57,617 bases of DNA, taken from positions 1 to 57,617 of the IMG/VR virus record IMGVR_UViG_3300021956_000017, one strand, 5' to 3'. This DNA comes from a virus. Taxonomy: Duplodnaviria > Caudoviricetes. The position numbers were made by a program, and so were the translations under genes. Below are positions 27,287 to 37,044 of the stretch, one piece after another (within the stretch, counting starts at the first letter, position 1; each line of letters opens with the position of its first letter). A model generated the notes under the pieces. The model did no database searches. It worked only from the letters and a program-made list of their open reading frames with translations, and was not told the DNA's origin.

Positions 27287-29144
27287 CCTTATCTTTACCT
27301 ACTGTTTTTGCCCGACCTTGTTGTATCCTGTCCATCATCTTATACAACTCACGAGCGCCTGCATCTGTAGAGCCGTTACCAATTTCAGAAACAATTCTTG
27401 CTGGAATTACAAACTCACCATCTGCAAGTCTTGCTGGTTGGTTATGACCTATCGTAGCGGGAATATCATCACTGGTTCCATTTCCCGGCCCCTTGAGCAA
27501 GCGCCCGCCATCTGAGTAGGAGCCGAGGTTGTACTGGTTCAGGTTGGCTATGCCGCCGTGGGCCATATGTTGGAACCCATAGGGCGTGGAAAGACCTCCA
27601 GTAGCTGCCTCGCTGCCACCACGATATCCTGCATCTACAGCCCCGTAGCCACCCCCACCAGCATCTCCAGATACAGCGTCGCGTCCAATAGGCCCGTTAT
27701 TATTTGCAGCACCCCCATAGGTTCTATCTGCGGCGGCATTTGAATTTTGCACAGCTTGAGCCATAGCATCTGCTCTGGCAATTGCATCTCTTGCAGCAAA
27801 ATCGGTTGTCATGTAGTTTGGATTAAATACACCAAATTTATCTTCTACAGGTGGAGGATTTAAATTTGTTGGTTTGCCAAACGGATGCATAAGAGAATCA
27901 ATTATTTTTGCACCTATTGGAATAATGCCAACTTGTGTAACTACATCGCTTATGGCTGTTCTGATTGGGCTTTGTAACCTAACGTCCTGCATATGCATCG
28001 CTCTTTCAGCGGGGCTCAATGCTGCAAGACTTGCTTGTGACTGTACATCTTTTACAACAGACCCAGTTTCTGGGTCAAAACGGTCAATGCTCAAATAATC
28101 TTGAGGAGCATTCCAATCTTTTTCATGTTGCTCACGTTTTTCCGCGCTGTCATTACCGCCCCGTTGAATATTTCCGTATGGGTCATACACCGTTTCCAAT
28201 ATGGGTGTGGTCGGCGTGATGGGCGCAGGCGTAGGCGCTGGGGTCACAGCGGCTGCTGGTGCAGCGGTGTGCGTGAACTGCATGGGGTTAGGCCCACGCC
28301 CCATCAGGTAGTCATAAATGCGGCTGGAATCTGTTGCCGTGCCACCATCAGCCATGCCTTTTGCGGCTTCATACTCAGACTGGCCCACACCACCAAACGC
28401 ACCTGCTGTACCGGCCTTGGACGATACGTCCACATTGGGGTCGCCGCCAGCTTCATAGACACCCACTTGCTTGTACTGCCCAGTAACGGGGTCAAGCGCG
28501 TACTTGCGGATGTAGCCCTTGTGTTGCGCTGGTGCGCCGTCGCCTTCGTCTTCTTCATCAAACGCTTCAGCCGCAGCGGGAGCCAAGCCAGCCAAGATGG
28601 GGAGACTGCCTTTCAAAGCGCTGCCGCCACCAAGGGTGGAAAGCGAGTTCATGGGCTGTGCAGCAAAGTTACTCAAACCTGTTCCAACTTGGGACTGATA
28701 TGTTCCGTTGGCAATAGCCTCTTGTGTTGCAGCTTGCCTTGCGGCTTCTCCCGCCGCGCCGGGCATATACCCAGCTTCAGCACCCAGCCCCGCCAAGCCG
28801 CCGACCATACCTGCGCCGCCCCAAGCACCCAGACCCGCTGTAAGGCCTTTGCTCAAATCCTTAGAGTCCAGCGCAGTGATGCCGCCAATAATGCCGCCAG
28901 CCGTCATGGGGTCGATTGCCCCGCCGCTGATGTACGTTAATCCTGCTCCTGCAACCATCGGCAAGATGCTGTCCAAGAACCCTGCTTCGGGAAGGCCGGT
29001 ATCAGGGTTTACACTGAGTTCCCCGCCATGCTTCTTTGCAAGTGCTTGCAAGCCCGCCACTTCCCGGTTGGACATGTGGACGAGGGTGGAGTCGGGACCA
29101 CGGCCCTTTTGGGCAAGGTGTTGGGCGACAAGTTGAAGGCTCAT
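27246..29144 (-). CDS. internal virion protein
   Basis: GRGPDSTLVHM...NPDTGLPEA N-terminus; GPGNGTSDDIPA..ARLADGEFV C-terminus; several xAxGG motifs. Confidence 0.7.
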   Translation of the reverse strand: MSLQLVAQHLAQKGRGPDSTLVHMSNREVAGLQALAKKHGGELSVNPDTGLPEAGFLDSILPMVAGAGLTYISGGAIDPMTAGGIIGGITALDSKDLSKGLTAGLGAWGGAGMVGGLAGLGAEAGYMPGAAGEAARQAATQEAIANGTYQSQVGTGLSNFAAQPMNSLSTLGGGSALKGSLPILAGLAPAAAEAFDEEDEGDGAPAQHKGYIRKYALDPVTGQYKQVGVYEAGGDPNVDVSSKAGTAGAFGGVGQSEYEAAKGMADGGTATDSSRIYDYLMGRGPNPMQFTHTAAPAAAVTPAPTPAPITPTTPILETVYDPYGNIQRGGNDSAEKREQHEKDWNAPQDYLSIDRFDPETGSVVKDVQSQASLAALSPAERAMHMQDVRLQSPIRTAISDVVTQVGIIPIGAKIIDSLMHPFGKPTNLNPPPVEDKFGVFNPNYMTTDFAARDAIARADAMAQAVQNSNAAADRTYGGAANNNGPIGRDAVSGDAGGGGYGAVDAGYRGGSEAATGGLSTPYGFQHMAHGGIANLNQYNLGSYSDGGRLLKGPGNGTSDDIPATIGHNQPARLADGEFVIPARIVSEIGNGSTDAGARELYKMMDRIQQGRAKTVGKDKVAFDAKARNHLPA

Positions 29145-29153
29145 AAGAAGTCC

Positions 29154-29828
29154 TTAGACGGCGGCTATAGGAAGCGCGGAAACGAATGACATTGTAGCTA
29201 CTACAGAGGCAGTTGAGGGGCGAACTGGGCCTGTGGAAGCTGCGTAGGTTGCGATGCTGACGGCGGCGTTGGTGGTTGACCAATAAATCTGAACATAGTC
29301 ATCCGCAGCCATAGACAGGAAGTAGTTCCAGCCGTTGATTGAATGCCCGTCAACCCCACCATGACTGTTCGGGATAGATATAAGTCCGGTAGAGCCCACA
29401 ATGTCGGCTGAAGAACCCCCATCATTGCCTTGGCGTAGCCATATGGATACATCGTGAAGCTGTACCGAGGTATTGATGAACTGCGTACTGAACTGGAGGT
29501 TGTAGATACCGGCGTTCTGTACTCGGATTTTTGATGAACTGACGCTGACCTGATTGCTGAAGTCCGTGGTGGTGATGCCCATCAAGGTAGCCGTATTGGC
29601 TGTAGCGGTCTGGTTGTTGTAGTCTGAGAACGCGCCGTATGGTGTACGTATATACGCCCCGCCGGTATTGTTCAGCAGTGCTGCAAGGGAGTTATCTAGC
29701 TGGTTGAAGTACAGCCGTAAAACATTGTTTAACTGATTTTGATAGTTGATGTCGTAATCAACTGTAGCCGCAGGCAAGCGCGGCTGTTGTGGGGGCCGGA
29801 GGTTTGTTACCGCAGTAGCCGTAGCCAT
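29154..29828 (-). CDS. tail-associated protein with C1q/BclA-like beta domain
   Basis: LNNVLRLYF helix, then PYGAF and GIYNLQFS.Q...DYVQIYW jelly-roll pattern. Confidence 0.65.
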   Translation of the reverse strand: MATATAVTNLRPPQQPRLPAATVDYDINYQNQLNNVLRLYFNQLDNSLAALLNNTGGAYIRTPYGAFSDYNNQTATANTATLMGITTTDFSNQVSVSSSKIRVQNAGIYNLQFSTQFINTSVQLHDVSIWLRQGNDGGSSADIVGSTGLISIPNSHGGVDGHSINGWNYFLSMAADDYVQIYWSTTNAAVSIATYAASTGPVRPSTASVVATMSFVSALPIAAV

Positions 29829-30451
29829 TACACAGCCCCCCAGTGCAGACGTTCAAGCTCTTTACGTGCAGCGGCAGCTTCTTCTACCGTAGGAAACACT
29901 CTGGAGTAGTGCGACTTATCCCCTACCGTTATTTTCGCCATAAATCTACCAGAACTTGTTTTTGATACCCCTGTCACCTTCGTGGTGCTGTCTGGTCTTA
30001 CCCGAATGTTTCTACATTGGGTCTGCACACCCGCCCAGCGGCAGTTGGTTGGTTCATAGTTTCCGTACGCGTCAATACGGTCAAGCGTTTCATCCCCAAC
30101 AGGTTCACCCATATCGGCAACGAAGTTTACATACTCTAGCCATTGCGGGCAGACAGACACGCCCCTCCCGCCATACCGAGGGTAGTCTTTATCTGTTGGA
30201 ACCGTACACCGTCTAATCATTGCCCGCCATGTGTTGTAAGAAGCTTTTTTCCACCCGCCATGCTTAAAATTTGGAATAACACACCCGCATGAGGTTGTAT
30301 TGCCTGTTGCCAAACTTCCAGATGGCACTATTGTCTCATTGCCGCATTCACACTTACACCGCCAAAGTACTTTTTTCAAGGCATCACGCCCCGCCTGCTC
30401 CAAAGCAGTCAGCTTTCCAAAAACTTGCCCTGTCCGGTCGATTAGTTTCAT
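29828..30451 (-). mobile_element. HNH-AP2 homing endonuclease
   Basis: GQVFGKLT..WRCKCECG..TTSCGC, YGGRG, LDRID..GNYEPTNCRW, C-terminal AP2-like GV...F.T.EEA..AR. Confidence 0.88.
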
Positions 30452-30473
30452 ACATGCTCCTATTAAAAGCCTG

Positions 30474-30485
30474 TATTGTATCAAC
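30474..30485 (-). promoter_or_regulatory. putative extended -10 promoter for the homing endonuclease
   Basis: Minus strand TGaTACAAT followed by AGGAG SD upstream of the ATG at 30451. Confidence 0.35.
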
Positions 30486-30504
30486 ATATAAACGGACGGA
30501 ACAT

Positions 30505-32616
30505 TTATCTCCTGCCATCAGGACGCAAATCTATACGGGGAGCGCCAAGCTGCCACTGCGTACCAAGCGTGTTGGAGGTAATCTTCATTTGCATCTGGCG
30601 ACCACGGATACGGATATAGACCTGCCCAGTAAATTGGTCTACGTTAATGACCGATGGAGCAGAGCCTGTGTTGACCACATTGGCGTTGCCAGTCTGCGTA
30701 ACTCCTGAGCCAGAGTTGTTTAAACCCTGTAGGTACATAGTCACTTGCGGAGTGGTTCCTTCAGTAGACCCACGGAATGTCAGGTCAGGAATCATGCGGT
30801 ACACAAACGCAAAGTTGTGTCCATCCCCAATGTCGTACTGCGCGGAAGTGATAGATGCCTCTATTGGCAGTGCGGTTGCGGTCTCATTGTCATCCACACC
30901 ATCCTCATGGTTCACGATGTTGTAGCTGTAGGTAGCAGCGATTGGGAAGTTGCGCAAGCCGGTATCCAGCCAAGCAGTGCGGGCTATAGAGCCATACTGC
31001 CAAACATCTTCTGCGTAGTTGTAGCTGACGTACTTGTCGATGGTGTTGCTGTTTTGTGAGCAATAGAACCACCAGACCTCATTGAAACCTTCATTTGTTC
31101 CAGCAAAAACTTGGTCATACTGAAGCGCGTTGATGTCGTTGTAGATGTACTGACGCAGGTCGCAACGCAGGGTTTGAACCCGTCCGTCGTATTTGTAGAA
31201 CTTGTCCACACCCATCCAGTAGGTAACGCCGGAAGCAATAGCGGCTGCGTTAGGGCCAGCAATAGACACGTTATCCACAAGCAACTGTGTGCCCCATACA
31301 TAGGGAGGTCCAAGGTACTGGAGCGAATAAAGCGCTTGGTCGGTGAAGACCACAATCTCCTGACGGCTTTGCAACGTGGTGACAATCTTGGAACCGTGAG
31401 ACAGGCGCACACTACCCGCTTGGTTGGTCACCGCTGGATACCACACGGTCAACGACTCTTGGTCAGACCACCGGATAAGCATCGGGTCAAGCGTAGTGCT
31501 GCCATAGTCGTTCGTACCAAACACAAGCAAGAACCGACTGACATCAGAGATAGTGAACGTATTCTGGTACAGCGGGGTGTATCCATCTGCGCCGGTCAGC
31601 GAGGACAGCAGCATTCCGTTGGAATTAATAGTCTGCGTACCGGATTGCGTACCGCTCGTGTTGATAGAAGCGCCGCCAGATGTAGCTGCTAGGTTAAACG
31701 TGCTTGCAGTCAGGTACTTGGTGTAGTACGTAACCCCCGGCAACAACCCAGTTGGCAACCACCCCGTAGTGGAGAAGGTGATTGGCGTTCCATCTGCAAG
31801 GTTGACGTTGGCTGTAACTACACAAGGAGACGCAATGGTCATCGTTGCAATGGAGCCGTTCACGTTCTTGGTAGCGTCCCAGTAATACATAGGACCACCA
31901 CGAGGGCCGTACACAAGGTTTTGGCCCCAGTTAATTTGGTTCCAGATGCGCAAAGCGTCCGTAGACGCAGTGCCAATACCCCAAGAACCGGAGCCCCAAG
32001 TACTTGCACCCCACCCAGTCAAAGGCGCTGCATAAGACGGGCCAGTATTAATTTGGTAGATAGCGTAGATGGTTCCACCGCCAGCAGAACTTGCTGATGC
32101 AGTGCCCGTGACCGTGATGGTGTAGGTCGTCGCGCTTACGTACGTAATCTGGTACTGCGTATTGGTGGTGATGGTGATGCCATTGAACGTGACTGAGGCC
32201 GCGCCGCTTACGTCAAAGGTAACGTAGTCGTTGTTGATAAACCCACCGTTAGCATCGGTCACCAAAACCGTAGTAGTTGTACCTGTGTTGGTAGCCGTAT
32301 TGGTGGTGAACGGGTTGGTCAGCGTGTTGGTAGTACGGATTGGGGTGATGTCGTAGTAAGCACCGCCGCGCTCAATGTAGAACTTGAGGTTAGTACCGAC
32401 GCCCAGCAGGTTCAACGAACCCAGCGTAATCCAATTCCACAGAGAACGGCACAGGCCGCTGAACGTGTTAGCTGAAATGCGCTGCCATCCACCAATCTTC
32501 TCAGGCGTGCCTTGGCGGAACCGAACCTTATCGGACTCGTACCAACCGCCCTCGTTGGTGTAGCGGGTGTTCTCCCTGTTTACACCGGGCTTGAGGATGA
32601 CTTTTTGTAATGGCAT
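30505..32616 (-). CDS. tail nozzle / stabilisation protein (tail tubular protein B-like)
   Basis: MPLQK..LKPG.N, VRFR.G.PEKIGGW, IRWSDQE, NEVWWFY, RTAW, RIRGRQ; beta-propeller-like. Confidence 0.75.
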   Translation of the reverse strand: MPLQKVILKPGVNRENTRYTNEGGWYESDKVRFRQGTPEKIGGWQRISANTFSGLCRSLWNWITLGSLNLLGVGTNLKFYIERGGAYYDITPIRTTNTLTNPFTTNTATNTGTTTTVLVTDANGGFINNDYVTFDVSGAASVTFNGITITTNTQYQITYVSATTYTITVTGTASASSAGGGTIYAIYQINTGPSYAAPLTGWGASTWGSGSWGIGTASTDALRIWNQINWGQNLVYGPRGGPMYYWDATKNVNGSIATMTIASPCVVTANVNLADGTPITFSTTGWLPTGLLPGVTYYTKYLTASTFNLAATSGGASINTSGTQSGTQTINSNGMLLSSLTGADGYTPLYQNTFTISDVSRFLLVFGTNDYGSTTLDPMLIRWSDQESLTVWYPAVTNQAGSVRLSHGSKIVTTLQSRQEIVVFTDQALYSLQYLGPPYVWGTQLLVDNVSIAGPNAAAIASGVTYWMGVDKFYKYDGRVQTLRCDLRQYIYNDINALQYDQVFAGTNEGFNEVWWFYCSQNSNTIDKYVSYNYAEDVWQYGSIARTAWLDTGLRNFPIAATYSYNIVNHEDGVDDNETATALPIEASITSAQYDIGDGHNFAFVYRMIPDLTFRGSTEGTTPQVTMYLQGLNNSGSGVTQTGNANVVNTGSAPSVINVDQFTGQVYIRIRGRQMQMKITSNTLGTQWQLGAPRIDLRPDGRR

Positions 32617-32624
32617 GGCGGCGT

Positions 32625-32963
32625 TTACACGTTCCGTTCAAAGTGCGGGCAGTCTACCAAGGACTTGAAGTTGCCGCCCCAGCGGTTCTTGGGGTGCAGG
32701 GATTCCCAGTATGCGCCGAGCGGGGCTAGGACTACTTTATCCCAGACAATCTTGCCATCCTTGAAAAAGTTGAGGTCAGCGGCACACCGCTTCAGGTGGA
32801 TGGAGTTCATGGTCTTAGACCGGCCTGTCTTGAAGTAGATGGCCTGCTGCTCCGGTGTACGGGCAAGTTCCCCGCCGGTCACCATAAAACCTTGGTCAGT
32901 AGCGTACTGGACCAGCTTGCAGAAATCCAGCAGGAAAGCTGCTTGTTCTTGACTAAGACTCAT
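32625..32963 (-). CDS. endolysin, M15-family peptidase (L-Ala-D-Glu/D-Ala-D-Ala type)
   Basis: RTPEQQ, SxH......D (SIHLKRCAADL), WGG, DCPHFE. Confidence 0.88.
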   Translation of the reverse strand: MSLSQEQAAFLLDFCKLVQYATDQGFMVTGGELARTPEQQAIYFKTGRSKTMNSIHLKRCAADLNFFKDGKIVWDKVVLAPLGAYWESLHPKNRWGGNFKSLVDCPHFERNV

Positions 32964-33150
32964 ACAAACCCCTTTTTTGAACAATCAAATCAATGCACGT
33001 TGCGTCCACCTTTGCGCCCAGCTTGATGTACTCCTGCTTCTTTTTCTCCGCCGCTTCCATGCACTGTTGCCTGTCGGTGTAGTGGGAAAGCTGCTGCAAG
33101 AACTCGCAGTGTGCTGCAACGCAAATATAGAGGACGGGGATGGAAATCAC
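32953..33150 (-). CDS. small hypothetical protein in the lysis cassette
   Basis: GTG start; hydrophobic N-terminus with Cys residues; overlaps both neighbours. Confidence 0.55.
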   Translation of the reverse strand: MISIPVLYICVAAHCEFLQQLSHYTDRQQCMEAAEKKKQEYIKLGAKVDATCIDLIVQKRGLYES

Positions 33151-33659
33151 TTACTGCTCCGTATCTCGGCCAGTTTCTCGACAGTGCGACCACCAAAATA
33201 GGCCAAAAACACTATCTGACCCCACGTCCCTAGGAGACTTACAAAACTCTCTTGTGGGCTGTATCCAAATGCAGACATCATGGTAAACAAGAAGTAGCCG
33301 ACAAATATGGCAATCAAACTCATTGGTCGGATGTTCTTGGATAGCCAAGAGTCCGAAGACATATCTGATTTCCAGCGGTCTGTTACGTTGTCAGCATCGT
33401 TTTGAGCGGCCTTGGCAAGCAATTCCATCTCAGCCAACTCCATCTTGGCCTTCTCAATGCCCAACTCAATCAGGCGCTCTTCATGTTGGAACTGCAACTC
33501 ACGCAGCTTGGCTACGTCTTCCGGCGTTGGGCTGTCAGGGATTTTCACGCCCAGCGTGTTCTCAACCACTTCCTTGCCCTTGGCTTGGATGGCGCTGGAC
33601 AGCAGCCCTAGCCCGTTTTCAGCCAGCGTACCCAGCAATGCACCGATGATTGGAATCAT
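33147..33659 (-). CDS. holin (3TM, GTA-holin-like)
   Basis: SDSWLSKNIRP, two hydrophobic helices, YFGGRTVEK; adjacent to endolysin. Confidence 0.8.
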   Translation of the reverse strand: MIPIIGALLGTLAENGLGLLSSAIQAKGKEVVENTLGVKIPDSPTPEDVAKLRELQFQHEERLIELGIEKAKMELAEMELLAKAAQNDADNVTDRWKSDMSSDSWLSKNIRPMSLIAIFVGYFLFTMMSAFGYSPQESFVSLLGTWGQIVFLAYFGGRTVEKLAEIRSSK

Positions 33660-34126
33660 GCGCGTCTCTCCAAAAATAGAGTTGTGAAAAAATAACTCAG
33701 GCCGATAGCTGCCAAAAATACTGCAATCCAGAAGACCATACTCAGGGCTTCCATTATCTGTTGACGCTTCTTGGCCTTAGCCAGCGCTGCGTCCATCTCC
33801 GCCTTCTTGCGCTTCTGGATGATGTTATTGCGTTCCAGCAGCACACCTTCCCATACATCCGCGTTGCCCGACCAGATAAGCATGTTCTTGAGTTCTGTCT
33901 CGGCTTCGGCAAGCTGCTTGGCCTGCATCACCGTTTCCAGCGCCTGCGCTGTGTCGCTCTTAAACTTCTTGGGGTTGTTCGCCGCTTGCTGAACAACGTC
34001 CTTGGCTTCAAAGAACTTACTCAAGTCAGAGGCAATCCCCTGAACATCCTTACCCAGCTTGATGGCTGCTTGGATTCCTTTTACCGCTGCCTGAGCGGCT
34101 GCAAAAGCGGTTAAAGGGTCTAGCAT
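33656..34126 (-). CDS. membrane protein with C-terminal TM helix
   Basis: MLDPLTAFAAAQAAVKGI N-terminus, coiled coil, C-terminal TM. Confidence 0.7.
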   Translation of the reverse strand: MLDPLTAFAAAQAAVKGIQAAIKLGKDVQGIASDLSKFFEAKDVVQQAANNPKKFKSDTAQALETVMQAKQLAEAETELKNMLIWSGNADVWEGVLLERNNIIQKRKKAEMDAALAKAKKRQQIMEALSMVFWIAVFLAAIGLSYFFTTLFLERRA

Positions 34127-34626
34127 GATGCAGTTTCTTGCTTGGGTAAATTGTAGTACTTGTCTTCGCCTAGTTTTCTTGCGTTGATTGCTTCATCAAG
34201 CAGTGAATACCTGCCAAGCCATTTATTTTTTCCGTTAATTTTTATATAAACATTCCATTTATTGTCTCTAGCGTACCAAGAAACACCCATGTGTCCACTA
34301 GTATTATGTTTTGGCAAATTAATATTTTGGCAATTGTCTGAAAAGCTTGCTTCTCTCAAATTACATAAACGGTTGTCGCTTCTTATCCTGTTTTTATGGT
34401 CTATATATTTTTCAGGCATTGCTCCTGTCTCATATAACCAAATTAACCTATGCACCAAGTAACTACTGCCGTCAATCTTGACACTCATGTACCCATTTTT
34501 GTTTAAGCAACCAGCTTTTTGACCTACTTTTACATTTCTACCACGGGCAATTTTCCATAAAAAATCACCGGTTTCTTTGTTGTAATCAAACAAAGATTGA
34601 ACGTAGCTTTGGGTCAAGGCAATCAT
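34120..34626 (-). mobile_element. HNH-AP2 homing endonuclease
   Basis: FDYNKETG, HRLIW, IDHKN..R.DN...NLR, NTSG..GV.W...LG.Y...EA..AR; strongly AT-rich. Confidence 0.9.
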
Positions 34627-34784
34627 TTTCTGTTCACTACCACCCAGCGGCAGATGCGTCCATCTTTGTCTACAAACTCGTTTGTGCTTGGCTTGTCATC
34701 CTTCTTAGGAATGCGGCAGACCAATACCGTTTTGGTCTCGGTATTGGGCCACGGGCTGTCAGCGGAAGCAAGCTGGTCAATCAC
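34623..34784 (-). CDS. hypothetical protein (53 aa, not in ORF track)
   Basis: Hand translation MIDQLASADSPWPNTETKTVLVCRIPKKDDKPSTNEFVDKDGRICRWVVVNRK; GTG start; fills the gap. Confidence 0.55.
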   Translation of the reverse strand: MIDQLASADSPWPNTETKTVLVCRIPKKDDKPSTNEFVDKDGRICRWVVVNRK

Positions 34785-34785
34785 A

Positions 34786-35136
34786 TTACACCGCTACCCA
34801 AGAAGTGGTGGTTTCATCCCATGTGTACAGACCTTCGGTCGGCATTGGGGTCGGCGCATCCCACAGGCAGGTGTCCTCGTTCAGCGTCCACGATGGATAT
34901 GGCTGGGGCGGGATAAAGGCATCGCGGCCTTCGTCGTAGGTGTAACCGATGCCAGCGTAATTCTTACGAATGCGCCCGTTGTAGCTGGTCTGTTTCCAAT
35001 CACCACCAAACAGGCGCTCACAGAAAGCCGCACCGATGTACTCTTTTTCTGTACCGTGCGCGTCAGATGTGTCCTCATTGCCGACCACAATCACTTGCGT
35101 GACGATGCCGTTTTCAATTTTTGCAAAGTGTGCCAT
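34786..35136 (-). CDS. tail-fibre-associated (chaperone-like) protein
   Basis: MAHFAKI, WKQTSYN..RKNYAGIGYTYD..RDAFIPPQPYPSW; follows a Gly-rich fibre gene. Confidence 0.8.
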   Translation of the reverse strand: MAHFAKIENGIVTQVIVVGNEDTSDAHGTEKEYIGAAFCERLFGGDWKQTSYNGRIRKNYAGIGYTYDEGRDAFIPPQPYPSWTLNEDTCLWDAPTPMPTEGLYTWDETTTSWVAV

Positions 35137-35984
35137 CAGAATGTGATACTTCCAGAACCAGTCCATTGGTAGATTCGGTAACCGCCAGAGACTGTAATTG
35201 TCGGTGAACCAGTTGTAGATGATGCAGCTGCATATATGTTTGGATATTGAATAATAACAATGCCAGAGCCGCCAGCGCCGCCGTTTCCACCGCCGCCTGC
35301 TGCATCTCTTGAGCCGCCACCGCCGCCGCCAGTATTGGTAGTGCCAGCAGTTCCATTATTGGTCGCAATAGCTCCAGCGCCACCGCCGCCTGCACCACCA
35401 GTACCCGCAATTGTGGCACTTGCACCACCGCCGCCACCAGCGTAAGTTACTGATGAACCTGAAATTGAAGATGCAGTACCAGCGCCACCATTGCCGCCAG
35501 AACTGCCAGCAAGATTTCCATCTCCTCCAACTGCACCAGCACCTCCACCGCCACCGCATTGGTTTTGGTCTGAACTATTTGCGCCGCCGTTGTTGCCTTG
35601 AGATGGTGATGTTGATGGTGTATTGCCAGCAGCGCCACTTGCAGTAACGCCGTTATTGTTTCCAATACCACCACCAGAACCGCCAGTATTTGCGCCCGTA
35701 ACCAACGCAGAGTTACCACCACCACCGCCTGTAGACGTAATGGATGAAAAAACAGAATCGGAACCATTTGTTCCGTTTGCGCCCCTAGATGTTGCACCAG
35801 CGCCTCCAGCGCCAACAGTCACGGTGTAGGTATTGCCAGTTATAAAAGGCAAAATTCCTGTGCGAAAACCACCCGCACCACCACCGCCGCCAAACTTTCC
35901 ACCACCGCCTCCACCAGCTACAACAAGATAGTTGACTACCTTGCCTTTAACAGCAGAAAATAACAAGTTTTTAGACGCAAACAT
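35136..35984 (-). CDS. glycine-rich tail fibre / receptor-binding protein
   Basis: YLVVAGGGGGG, YTVTVGAGG, NTGGGGGG, GGSGIVII. Confidence 0.8.
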   Translation of the reverse strand: MFASKNLLFSAVKGKVVNYLVVAGGGGGGKFGGGGGAGGFRTGILPFITGNTYTVTVGAGGAGATSRGANGTNGSDSVFSSITSTGGGGGNSALVTGANTGGSGGGIGNNNGVTASGAAGNTPSTSPSQGNNGGANSSDQNQCGGGGGAGAVGGDGNLAGSSGGNGGAGTASSISGSSVTYAGGGGGASATIAGTGGAGGGGAGAIATNNGTAGTTNTGGGGGGSRDAAGGGGNGGAGGSGIVIIQYPNIYAAASSTTGSPTITVSGGYRIYQWTGSGSITF

Positions 35985-36916
35985 TATGCAAACGCCTGTG
36001 CGTAGTTGCCGTACCAAACAGAGCCATTAGCCACAAAGCTGATGATGTCCACAGCCGATGCGGTTGCCGTAATGGTTGGCGCAGTGCCAGCAGGCCACTT
36101 CACGCCGGTAAATGTTGCTGTGGTCATGCCGGACGATGCTTGCGTCAGAATCAAGATGAATGATTTGCCAGCCACCGCTGTAGGCATGGTAAATGTGCAG
36201 GGCGTGGATGCTGTCAATGTTGCGGTCAACACAGTGCCTGTTGCCAATGACAAGGTACTAGATGCGCCAACTGTTCCCACTGCTTGCAGGGTTTCTACGT
36301 AGTTGGTGACCGTTGGGTTGGTCAGTGTCTTGTTGGTGAAGGTCTCACTGCCAGCAAGCGTAGCCAAAGTGCCCGTTGTAGGCAAAGTTACCGCAGTTGT
36401 TCCGCTAACCGTTAGCGTCGTGCCAAAGTTACCTGAAATGGTCACAGTGCTTGCGGCGTTGTTCGCTATGCCTGTACCGCCGTTGGCGGGGCCGACTATT
36501 CCTGATGCACCCACCGAAGATGCTTTTGCAAAATCAGAGCCGTTCCAAACACAAACTGCCACTTCACCTTTTAGGATAGTTACTCCAGTTGTAGGCCCTG
36601 CGCCGCGCAGCACAATGCTCTGGGTGCTGGAGCTTGCGTTGATGACAATGTAGACCTTGGATTGCGCCGGGGCTGTGATGTTGCGGGTTACTGTGCCTCC
36701 TGCCGTCCACAGCAGAATTGCTTCGCGGGCAGTGTTGGCGGCTCCAGTAGTCGTTGTCAGTGTTACGTCAGCGTCGGTACTGAGTGTGGTCGTGCCCGCT
36801 ACAGCGGAGTCCAGCAACGAGGTGATGGCGTTGTTAACCGTGTCGCCCCATGTACCGGACAGTTCGCCCGTTACCGGTAAGGCAAGGCCCAAGAGGGAGG
36901 TATATGCAGTAGTCAT
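35984..36916 (-). CDS. tail fibre-like structural protein
   Basis: Thr-rich; GELSGTWG..N, TLTNKT-like motif, C-terminal KWPAGTAPT..DIISF. Confidence 0.7.
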   Translation of the reverse strand: MTTAYTSLLGLALPVTGELSGTWGDTVNNAITSLLDSAVAGTTTLSTDADVTLTTTTGAANTAREAILLWTAGGTVTRNITAPAQSKVYIVINASSSTQSIVLRGAGPTTGVTILKGEVAVCVWNGSDFAKASSVGASGIVGPANGGTGIANNAASTVTISGNFGTTLTVSGTTAVTLPTTGTLATLAGSETFTNKTLTNPTVTNYVETLQAVGTVGASSTLSLATGTVLTATLTASTPCTFTMPTAVAGKSFILILTQASSGMTTATFTGVKWPAGTAPTITATASAVDIISFVANGSVWYGNYAQAFA

Positions 36917-37041
36917 TGTGTGTTTCCTTCAGCCTGAGCGGCTAATGCGGCTTCGTACGCAGCGAGTTCTTCGCCTTCTAGTTCAATTTCCTTGACCTCG
37001 CCGGTCTGGACGTTAACTTCAATTCGTGTAGGTGTAGTCAT
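36913..37041 (-). CDS. small fibre-associated protein (42 aa, not in ORF track)
   Basis: Hand translation MTTPTRIEVNVQTGEVKEIELEGEELAAYEAALAAQAEGNTQ; ATGA overlap. Confidence 0.6.
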   Translation of the reverse strand: MTTPTRIEVNVQTGEVKEIELEGEELAAYEAALAAQAEGNTQ

Positions 37042-37044
37042 AGC

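Noticed and set aside
35136-35984. CCG/CCA-rich low-complexity DNA as a tandem repeat element
   Set aside because: Explained by poly-Gly codons of the tail fibre
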